From the human T2T-CHM13v2.0 reference genome, Homo sapiens, in NCBI RefSeq assembly GCF_009914755.1, contig NC_060932.1: a DNA stretch of 64,000 bases; one strand, given 5' to 3'. Numbering within the stretch: position 1 is the first letter of the stretch; every line of letters begins with the position of its first letter. The notes below the pieces were generated by a model. It was given only the letters and a program-made list of their open reading frames with translations. It made no database searches and had not been told where the DNA came from. Shown here piece by piece: positions 13,645 through 25,102 of the stretch. Made by a program: the position numbers and the translations under genes.

Positions 13645-14053
13645 AACGGTGGACTGAATAAAGAAAATATGGTACTTATACACCATAGAATACTACACAG
13701 ATATTAAAAAAAAATCAGATCCTGGCCTCTGCAACAACATGGATGGAGCTGGAAGCCATTATCCTAGGTTAGTTGATGCAGGAACAGAAAAGCAAACACT
13801 ACATGTTCTTACTGTTAAATGGGCTAAACACTGAGTACATGTGGACAAAAAGAAGGGAACAATAGACAAGAGGGCCCATTTGAGGATGGAGGGTAGGAGG
13901 AGTGAGAATTGAAAAACTAGCTCTCAGGTATTATGCTAGTTAGCTGGATGACAAAATTATCTGTATAGCAAACCCCTGCAACATGCAATTTACCCATGTA
14001 ACAAACCTGCATGTTGTACACCTTGAATATAAAATAAAATTGGAAAGAAAAAA
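13645..14053 (+). mobile_element. L1 (L1PA15/16-like) end of ORF2 plus 3' UTR and A-rich tail
   Basis: GGACTGAATAAAGAAAATATGGTAC...ACATGGATGGAGCTGGAAGCCATTATCCT...TGTAACAAACCTGCATG...AAAATAAAATTGGAAAGAAAAAA. Confidence 0.95.
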
Positions 14054-14231
14054 CACATTTATTTACAAGTACACAGCAAGAGAAAAAAGAAGAGAGGCTG
14101 CCTTAAAATTTAAAGTACTTCACAAACTGCTGGTAGCCCTTGAGTTGAGCATCCAATAGGTGGTGTTTCAATGGTGTATTTGTTAGAGATAAGCCAACCT
14201 TAAATCACATAGGTTAGAAATAAGCCAACCT

Positions 14232-14424
14232 TAATGATTAAGAACGATGACTCTGGAGTCAGCTTGCCTGGAGTTGAATCTTACTCAAACACTTAACTTC
14301 AAGTGTGGTATTAATTGTACGAATGATAATTATACCTAAGATTTGGAAGAGGATCAATACATATAGAGCATTCATTATAGTGCCTAGCATATATAAAGTC
14401 TTAGCAAATGTTAGCTATTATTAT
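14232..14424 (+). mobile_element. MIR SINE
   Basis: gactctggagtcagcttgcctggagttgaatc...tagtgcctagcatatataaagtcttagcaaatgttagctattatt. Confidence 0.7.
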
Positions 14425-14579
14425 ACACTAACACAGTCTCGAAGTCAGTAACTAGTTAATACAATTTGCAGAGTGCCTTTCTCTGACAGACTACAGGGTA
14501 TTCTCTTTTGGAATTAATATACAGTAAAAACTGAGTAATCTATGGTAACGTGATATAATTGTATTATTTTTGAGAGTGT

Positions 14580-14905
14580 ATTAATTTATTAAAAACAAGT
14601 TATTAGACACAAACTATGTGCCAGCTACTGTGCTAATGCTAGGTTACAAAAATAAATGATATTCCTTTAATAATTCTTAGTTTAGTGGGCTAAATAGACA
14701 GGTAAACTATAAAAACCCATAACTGAAATGTGTGCACAGCACTGTGAAAACAAAAGTAAAACACCCTAAGTAGTCGGGAAAGGCTCCACAGAAGGGATAA
14801 TTTTTAAAGCAAACCTTAAACAAAGTGGTAGAAGACAGAGAAAGGAAGATACTAAGGATCAAAGGTGCCAAGTATGAGCAACGTTGATGAAATGACCTGA
14901 AGATA
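14580..14905 (-). mobile_element. L2 LINE 3' fragment
   Basis: ttattagacacaaactatgtgccagctactgtgctaatgctagg resembles the reverse complement of the L2 3' end. Confidence 0.55.
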
Positions 14906-15195
14906 TTCTCCAAGTTCAGATTCCTTTGTTTGAGTTCAGATCCCTGCTGTATTGAAACAAAATAGGAGTTGCTAACTTCTTCACATGAATTCTTCCTCTT
15001 TTGTGCCTATTGTTAAAGCATTATTGACATAAAAGGCCAAAATGCTAGCAAGTACCTTTCTGTGTGCACTGCAAAATCCCTGGGCAGCAAAACTTTCAAG
15101 CAAATAATTCTTAAACTGAAATAACAGTTTATACTTGTTGATCATTTGGGAGAATTATAATATTACCAATGGTACAATAGACTATTTGTAATAGT

Positions 15196-15305
15196 AATAA
15201 ATAGTACGATAGCACGAATCATACTATAGTACGATCGTACTATTTATTTTTGCTCAAGATTGTGAATAATTGACACTAACATTGATTATTCACAATCTTG
15301 AGCAA
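15196..15305. repeat. Adjacent perfect inverted repeats (15-bp arms; 18-bp palindrome; 21-bp arms)
   Basis: 15196-15210 is the reverse complement of 15234-15248; 15226-15243 ATAGTACGATCGTACTAT is self-complementary; 15250-15270 is the reverse complement of 15285-15305. Confidence 0.95.
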
Positions 15306-15855
15306 GGATAAACCGAAAAAAGCTTTGACAGAGAAAAAAATGGTAGGAAATGTTGAAAGAATTCAGATTCTGGCTGTGCATGCTATTTAAAGACTTCATT
15401 CCAAGCAATACTATAATCTCTACCTAGGTTTTTTTTTAAGATTAAATTTTGTATTATAGGAGGAACTATTGATGCTGTTCTTTACTTTTCCCCACAACTT
15501 TAAAAATAAATTTCTTTGAAGTAAATAAGTAAAATGTCTGAATCCCAACTCCTTTCTAAATTTTCAGTGTCTTAAAGAATATTTTGGGAATCTGTTATAT
15601 ATTTCTGGGTTTTGGTCGACCTATTTAAGAGTATGAATAAGTTAGACAATAATTGCCAGTAATCTATATTAATTGTTTCTCAAGTTTGCTCAATTTATAA
15701 TGAGATGAAAATTTTTTTATGAAGAAACTAATTCATATTTTCACAACTTAGTTTTTAGTAACATGAATTGCATACAAATCATAATTATGAGTAACAAACG
15801 GTGGTCTCAACAGCTTTGGATAAAGTTCCTGAAACAAAATATTATACAGTATATC

Positions 15856-16098
15856 TGAGACCGGGCAACATAGCAAGACCCTGTCTCTACAAAAACTTAA
15901 AAAGAATTAGCTGGACATGGTGGCATGTACCTACGGTCCTAGCTACTTCAGAGGCTGAGGTGGGAGGATCACTTGAGCCCAAGAATTTTAGGTCATAGTG
16001 AGCTATGATTGCACCACTGCGCTCCAGTTTAGGTGAGAGAGCAAGACCCCATTTCCAAATTATTTTTTAATAAAAATAAATAAATAAATAAATAAAAC
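15856..16098 (+). mobile_element. 5'-truncated AluJ with (TAAA)n tail
   Basis: GGGCAACATAGCAAGACCCTGTCTCTACAAAAA, GGAGGATCACTTGAGCCCAAGA and GTGAGCTATGATTGCACCACTGC are AluJ diagnostics. Confidence 0.92.
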
Positions 16099-18299
16099 AA
16101 AATATCCTAGTCAATGATCAATATACCTGAAAGGAGTCAGGTTCCATTTTGTAAACAGAAGCTTATTCTGAGCCATCCTTCTCAAAACATCTTAGCTCGT
16201 TGTCATTTGAAAAAATACCCCAAACCGCCTGATTATACCGTTCCTGTACACCACTTTTATGGACTTTGCATAGCATAGTCTCTAGAGTGGACCTGCTTTA
16301 TTGCAGAATTTTCAACGCACACCCGTGAATCTGTAAAGAGATTGAGACAGTAACATTCTGTATCCTGGCAGAGATTAGTGGCAGAGCCGAATTGATTGGC
16401 TGAAGAGTATGGAGCATTTCCTGTGTTATTTTCCTGCTGCTAAAAACTCTTTCTGCAATGTATGGATCAAATTAACACTAGAAGTTACTCCTTTAATTTC
16501 TTTGATATGAAATAGTAAAGTATTACCAGAAGGGCAGTTTCAAAAATCATTATTGTACACTTTTGTTCAAAGGAGCCTGACATATTGTTTATTTAATTTG
16601 AAGATCTATGGCTATATGGCTGCATACACAGTGGAAATACATTTATTCACACAGTTAAGATAGTCTCTGAGGATTCAGATGGAGCAAATGGACCCAATAT
16701 TTCAATTCTACATCCTTTATAGCCATGATGACCCAGTACTAATATGACTTTCTAAAGCACAAATGTAGTGATATGAAAATAAAAATTTACTGAGCCTGGA
16801 AAGCTGGGTTCTAATCATGACTTTGCTACTACCTAGCACTGTTAATTGCAGCCTTTTATTTCTGTAAAAAATGAGGACAACATGTTTTCTTCCTATCTCT
16901 TGGGTTTGTTCTGATCATGGCAAGGACTACGTGCTATGTCTGACTGCCCAGCAATAGTCCTTGGTTTTCTTTGAGTTAGATCTAGGTCTGCCATGCATAA
17001 CATGTGGGAGTGCGGTTATCCAAAGTTAGATTAGCCTGGGAAATGAAGAGAAGGATAATTCTGCAGGGGGACGGGAGGAGTAAATTTGGTATGTAAGGCA
17101 ATTACACTTCACAATAATGAATGTGACAGGACCTTGACAGGAATAGCAAATTAAAGAAGATTCTTAGTCTCTGTTAGTTCCATTGCACATGTTCCACTGG
17201 GGGCTCTTCACATCTCCAGATTTGAGAATTGGCTTGATTTTCCTGAACATCTTTTGTCTGTTTCAGCTTACAGTAAGGCCAAACAGAGGATAACATATAA
17301 CAAAAACAATTATATACTGCCAAAGTAAACCTCTGTGCAAAAGAGTAGGTTTGTAGCTCTTTAGAAACATATAAAATATAATTAGGGATATTTAGGGACA
17401 TATATATGTATAGCACAGAGTAAATTCAAACAACAGCGTTTTAGAAAATAGTTGTGGCTACTCCCTCCATCTAAAAATATTTTTGACCCAGGCAATGTGG
17501 CAAGGGTGCTGTACCATCCCTCTGTACATTCTTCATTCTTACATTCCAGAAATATTGAACCATAAGGTTTCTTCCTAAAAAAAAAAAAAAATCATGCTGC
17601 AGTAAGCTCTTTGAGAGCACAAAATTGGCATTTTATTGTTCCTACTTCCTTTCCAAAATGTCTGGTAAATTATGAATTTCAAAGCCTGTAAATCTAAACT
17701 CAATAACTGCATTCCCTTTCAGGTTAACTGGCCAAATACAACAAAAGGTGAATTACCCATAATAATTTTTAACACATCATTCACTCTTCAATAATTCCTA
17801 GTTCCTTATTTTTAATCTAATACTCAGAAAACTTATTTCCAATATCAGTCCACATTTCTAATATGTATGTGACTATTAGAAAGGGGCCTGCAAGTATAAA
17901 CTTGAAGTTTATGAAACTGAGCACATTGGAACCTAATACTGGCCTTGTAATAAACAAAAATATGCACTTGTTTATGATTGGAAAGCAGGACGTAATTCAT
18001 TGTGACTGTGAGACTCTGACCATTCAGTTCAGTCTGGTTTAAAATATTGAGCTGAATACTCTGAAGCTTGTCTTGTGCTGAGTACAGATACTGAGATGAG
18101 TGTTACAAAGTGACGTTCTGAAGCTAATGAAATAGTTGATATTGTATTGTTCAAAGGTGGTAACCAAAATCATACGTGGGATTAAATCATCAGACACTCT
18201 GTAGTTTCAAGAGGATCCAGAATGAATCCTCAAAGAATTGCTTAGAAAATGGTACAGGATGATCAGAAAATAGAAGGAGGGTTTTACTATTCATGTATT

Positions 18300-18545
18300 T
18301 AATAAACACATAAATAGGAGATTTCTGTTTACCTGGCATTATTTAAAATATTTTACAAATAATAACTCACGTAATTCTTAGAACAACTCTTTGAGGTAAG
18401 CACTACCATTATACCCATTTTTCAGAGAGAGGAACTGAGTCACAGAAAGATTCAGTGACTTGCTCAAGATCACAGATCTAGTGAGAGGCCAGGCTAGGTT
18501 CTGAATCTAGGAAGTCTGGCTTCAGAATCCATGGTCTGCTGCCTC
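18300..18545 (-). mobile_element. Near full-length MIR SINE
   Basis: aacaactctttgaggtaag...cccatttttcagagagaggaactgagtcacagaaagattcagtgacttgctcaagatcacag...tgaatctaggaagtctggcttcaga. Confidence 0.85.
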
Positions 18546-19012
18546 TGCTACTTATCCCTTCATTATTAAAACGGAGGGACAGAACTCCATTATTAAATAA
18601 TTCCATTATTAAAACTCTGAGCCTTGTGACTCAGAGTCCCAATGTGTAATATTTGCTATCATTAAACATTTTTAAAGGTTGTAGATTTAAATTGGCATAC
18701 CAGTTACTAGGTACTATTGCAATGAAAAAAGTTTTAATTTAAAAATTAATTACTACTAAAGACTTACTTTAACTCACAAATGTAGATGTCCAAACCCAGA
18801 AGAAATCTGTGGCCCTAAGATGTATATTTTCACATCTCTGGTTCCCATCATAATGTGGGGCTGAATCTTCTGGGTATGGGAGAGCAAGTTTCTCCGAAAA
18901 TGTGACAGTCATTTTTTTGTCTCCGGCCCCAGGCCACCTGGAATCCTGGCTTAGTCTTTTTATTTTCCCATTTATATTTTGTTAATTTCAAAACATATAT
19001 GTGTTTATTATA

Positions 19013-19655
<643 letters not shown>

Positions 19656-19849
19656 TAATAGCTGTAATCATTCAAAGTTGTATTTTTAAAAATAATAATC
19701 TCCTCCATTCTGAAACCTTTGAGCTAACAGCCTGATATCCTGGTATGCGAAATCCCATAACTTTCTTTATGTTTATACATATAAATATTTGTGTATTAAT
19801 TTGTTTTAAAATATCCTTGAGGATAATCTTGTATATAATTATATGAATA

Positions 19850-20635
19850 CTGGCATTTTTATTCCAGTAGGATAGATTTCCGAAGTTATGTGTCATATTG
19901 CAATCCCGACAAATTTCTTTTCACAATAATGAAATAAATTTGCACCCATTCCAGTGTATTAGAATATGTCTTTTCCCATATGCTCAAAAGCACTAGCTGT
20001 TACTTATCTAAAGTTTTGTCGATCTGGTAGAAGAAAAAAATTATATTTTATTGTCATTTTAATTTCTATTTTGACTAATAATAAGGATGAGCTCCTGCTT
20101 ATTATCATCCATTGGGGTTACAGATTTACTGAGATCATGATGTTCTTGCCATTTGATTAATTTTTCTCATCAGTTTGCAGGCAATTTTTGTATATGAAAA
20201 ATATTAAGCCATTAACACAAATCTATCTTTATTTTTTACTTTGTTTATGTCATTTTTGCCATGCAAATATATCTATATTGGATATATGTGGCTTCTGAGT
20301 CTCCCACTTTCCTTAGGAATATTAACTCTACTCCTGTTCTTCTCACAAATTATTTTAGAATATTTTAATGGGATTTTTTGTATTCAAAATTTTAATCTAT
20401 GTGGAATTAGTTTCATATGTGGTATAATGTAATTTTATTCATTCCAGAAGAAGAGTTGTTTTTGCCAAACTGTTCACTTGGTAAATAATCTTTTTATTAC
20501 TGAATTGAAACGCCACCTTTGCCATATATGAAGTTCCCATATGTGTGCGGATCTATTTCTGGTCTCTCTGTTTCATTCCATGGATCTCTTTGTCTAATCT
20601 GAAGCCAAACTATATTGTTTTGATTATGGCAGCAG
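19850..20635 (-). mobile_element. Ancient L1M (L1ME/MC-type) fragment
   Basis: aatttgcacccattccagtgtattagaat..., tgaattgaaacgccacctttgccatata...ggatctatttctggtctctctgtttcattccatggatc are typical L1M ORF2 3' region in antisense. Confidence 0.65.
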
Positions 20636-20864
20636 ATTCCATCTTTTTAATTGACTGGAGTCTAACAATGGGTAATAGTGACTATTTGAACAAGTTATGC
20701 ATTCTGTAGAGTAAAAAAGTTGGTGTTCAACTCAGAAACTATACAATTTTCACACCAATCATGTTACTTTTTCATGATTTTTTTCCCATCAGTGCATGCT
20801 AACTTCTTAACTTTTTAAGCTGTAACTATTTATTATAAGCATTATTTTTTAAAAAACATCTGAG

Positions 20865-21115
20865 TGTGAACATTCTGAAAAAGGCAAGACTATAGAGAAC
20901 AAATATAGATCAGTGGTTCCCCTGGGCTTGAGAGGGGGAGAGGGGACTGACTGCAAAAGATTTGGAGGGTACTTTTTGGATGATGGAAATGTCTATATCT
21001 TAATTTTGGTAGTAATTACATGACATTACATTTGTTGGAGCTCATCAAACAGTCTACCTAAAAATGTGAGTTATATTGTATGCTAATTATATCTCAATAC
21101 ATACAAATTTAAAAA
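20865..21115 (+). mobile_element. L1MB/ME-type 3' UTR fragment
   Basis: aaaggcaagactatagaga...agatcagtggttccc...gatgatggaaatgtctatatcttaattttggtagtaattacatg...tattgtatgctaattatatctcaat. Confidence 0.8.
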
Positions 21116-21122
21116 AATTTTA

Positions 21123-21536
<414 letters not shown>

Positions 21537-22919
21537 TTAACCTGCTAAGACAAAACAAAAGCAGAATCGTAAGTGAAAATATATAGGGACTCCTGCCACT
21601 AATGCATTTTGACTTTCAGTCTTTGGAAGTAATCCACATTTGACCTGTTTTACCTCTGCAAAGATTTTTAGAGCCCATTCATCCTGAGGAAATGATACAG
21701 GTTTATAGATTTTATTACAGTGCCCGCAAGCATTCTTGGGACTGTGAAAGATACCGGTATTTTCCTAAAGCTAGGGGTTAGAGCTGGAGAGCTGATCCTC
21801 AGGAGAATCTAAGAAGCAATTTTCCACTTGAAGAAACTGAGATTGTTTAGTTATGGTTGGCAGAACCATGGAGCTACAGTGTTGTCATTCCCACTTTCTC
21901 TAGTTTTGATCAATGCATTTTAGGGAAAACTCTTCTAGTTGACTCTTACTAGAATATACAAGCAAGAAACTAGGCTGTCTCTCAGAGACCAGAGGTAAGA
22001 GGCAAGAAAAGATTAATGAGCATTTTTGCAGAAAGCCAGCGCCAGTCTCAGTTCCAGACAGAAGGCCAGGAGGTTCAGCACAGTGATCTATTGAAATAGC
22101 CCTGATGGTACCTACAGATTTAATGTTATCAGAGTTTATCCCAGAGGAGTTAGTTTTCAGAGTCAGAATAAGGAGCTGGGGGGAGGGAAGGAGACTAAGC
22201 TTAAGAGATATCATGACAAAGCGCCTGCTTTTTCTCACTTGTGAAAATGTAGGCTATCTGGAGGTAACATGATAGGAGCCATCTTGGATTAGCAGATTGT
22301 CACTAACGCTATTTATCCACATATCCTGAAGTGCAGAATAAATCTATGTGATTTTTATTGCCCAAACCATTCAGTCTTCAGGATGATTTTGTTAAGATTT
22401 CCTTTCTGTATTTATATTTATATTTATATTGGATTACATTAATTTTTGTACTCATTATTTGGACTGGATAACAGCATATTAAAGCAACGTGGAACATTAA
22501 TAACTCATAAAAATATGTAGCTCTTCCTAGAGCTTCCTTATGGATTTTTTTCCTCTTAAAAACCCTAAGGATAATTAAGTTTGACATAGTGATCCAGTTA
22601 TTTTTTTTAAAAAGCAGTAGCTCTCTATCTATAGATTGAAGAATATCTAGATGATATTATAATAAATGCCATAAGGTAATATAGAAAAGAGCACTCTGCA
22701 TGTTGGAACTGTCCAAAATAGAGTGAGCTGCCTTCTGAAGAGGATTCCTAGAAATGTCCAATGTGAATCTAGAGGCTTTTATCTGTTTTTCATTTATTCA
22801 CCATGTCTTCATTGAGTACTTACAAACTCTTACCGAGAATGTAGTTAAGATATTTCATGCTGGGGGATAGGACTGGACTCCATGACCTCTATGATTTCTT
22901 CCATTTCTATGGTTTTTAA

Positions 22920-23030
22920 AACATATATTTTATATTTGCATGTGCTACATGTGAGTATAGACTATGTAAGGATCAAGTCGAGGTATTTATATCACCTTGA
23001 GTATTATTTCTATGTGTTGGTAACATTTAT
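22920..23030 (-). mobile_element. L1MA 3'-end fragment
   Basis: gtaaggatcaagtcgaggtatttatatcaccttgagtattatttctatgtgttggtaacatt resembles the L1MA 3' UTR in antisense. Confidence 0.55.
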
Positions 23031-24132
23031 ATGCATTTACTTCCATGTTTCCATATTTTTGTTAAGAATTTTCAGTGTATTACACTAGGCCATATATAAT
23101 CCACAAGTTTCATGATTCTACTTCTGAATGATTTCTCACTGTATCTTTGCCAATTAAAGATGACGGTAAACATCTTTATGAGTTTTCATTGATTTATGGA
23201 AGTCTAACAAAAAATGGCAAATATAAATACCCCTCTGTAATATTTCACTTTGGCCTGAACTGTAAATAAGGATATTTTGTAATATCTACAACTAAGATAT
23301 GTTGTCACTTCTATATGTTAGGAAATAAGTTTAAAATATGGAGAATTATTTATGTATGTGTTTCTTTGAAGCATAACATAGATTTCACTTTAACTTTGTC
23401 AGTTATACCATTCAAAGACATAAAATCATTAGTTCTCAGGAGCAGGAAAACAGTTAGAATTTCCAAGAAAAAGATAGGATGTACTTCTTCATCATTGAAT
23501 GCCCAGAGCTAGACACTGGGGATAAAAGAATTGGTCTCAAGGAGATTATCAAGGCATTTTTCCTCCTCATTCTTTAGTGAGTACTCTAATTCAACAACAT
23601 TAGAAAAGACACTTATGTCCTGTTATGATATTAGGAAAAGTGATTACTGGGATACAAAGTGCTTCAGAACCTGAATGGTAAAGAGAAAAGCTTGTCTCAG
23701 TAGTTACTATTTGATGGAGAGACCATGATCTGTTTATTCTTTTGATAGTGATAGAGCTAATATATAATGATAACTTGATGACCTTATCAACTAGTAGCTA
23801 AGGCTCTTGTCTACTTTGGTAACATGACAAGAAAATTAGAGATTGACTAAACATCATGCTGGGAAATTCAAGGCAGGCATTTGTCTATCTTCAGTATGGC
23901 TATTTATCCTATCCAATTAGCCAAATTACTTTTCATTCATCTGTGCATTTTGGCCCTTGTAGATATTGACTTAAAACACCAATAGGCATTTAAGTCCAGA
24001 TTCTCAAACCCAAAATAATCACAAAATTATTATAATAGGTAAACCAAAATTATCTTTAGAAATGGGAAAAATAGAGATATGTAAGGACATTAAAATCAAA
24101 CATAACTAAAACCCGTCCTTTTTAGTTAGCCT

Positions 24133-24463
24133 TTTTTCTTTTTCTTTTCTTTTCTCTCTTTTTTTTTTTTTTTTTTTTTTGAGAGAGGGTTTCACTTAGT
24201 CACCCAGGCTAGAGTGCACACCATGACCAAAACTCACTGCAGCCTCAAACTCTTGGACTTAAAGGATCTTCATGCTTCAGCCTCCCAAGTAGCTGGGTCT
24301 ACAGGCCAGTGTCACCATGCCTGGCTAATTTTTCTGTACGTTTTGTAAAGACAGGGTCTTGCTATGTAGCCCAGGCTGGTCTTGAACTCCTGGCCTCAAG
24401 GGATCCTCCCACCACGACCCCCTAAAGTGCTAGGATTATAGGTGTGAGCCACTGCACCCGGCC
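24133..24463 (-). mobile_element. AluJ SINE
   Basis: Poly-T, then gagagagggtttcac...ctcactgcagcctcaaactcttgg...gacagggtcttgctatgtagcccaggctggtcttgaactcctggcctcaag...gagccactgcacccggcc. Confidence 0.95.
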
Positions 24464-25082
24464 CTTCTTTTAAAACACTGACTAAAAACAGCCAATACTT
24501 ACAGTTTTATTTCCTACTATTTTATGAGATTGACTAAAAGTAGGTAGAAGCTGTTGACCGGCACTTCAGCAACTCTCCTTTCTATCTAGTAGTGAGGATG
24601 TTCAGTAAGGGATGTGAACAAATGTTGAGAGCAGAAAGAAGAAAGGGATGCTGGGCAGGGAACTATAGACCTGTCCTTAGTAACTATAGAGCTGCTGTAC
24701 CTTAAATGACTATTTAATGGCCCAATTGGTAATTTTTGTCACTTGCTTTCAATTTCTTCAGTAATGACATGAGTTACCCGTAGAAGGAACATGTCATTAC
24801 TTTGCTTTTTAAGTTAGCACAAGACTACTACAAAACCATCATTCCTAGAGGAAATATGCATATATGTATTTATTTGTTTCTCATGTCTTTCTCCTTCTGA
24901 AAATGTCCCCAAGGCCAATGTGCCAAGGATACCTGAAAGCCCTAGGGCAAGCAATATGAAAATGGTAAGAACTGGAAAATGTTAGGCTCCAATAAAACAA
25001 AGCCAGATGCTTTTGACTCATACAAATATTTCCCTTTTCTTAGGGTAACATGAGGGGATTTTTTCCCCTCAAAAATGTTGCT

Positions 25083-25102
25083 TGTGTGTGTGTGTGTGTG
25101 TG
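25083..25102. repeat. (TG)10 microsatellite
   Basis: TG dinucleotide run. Confidence 0.93.

Noticed and set aside
18559-18613. Triple CATTATTAAA repeat
   Set aside because: Short AT-rich slippage repeat with no evident significance.
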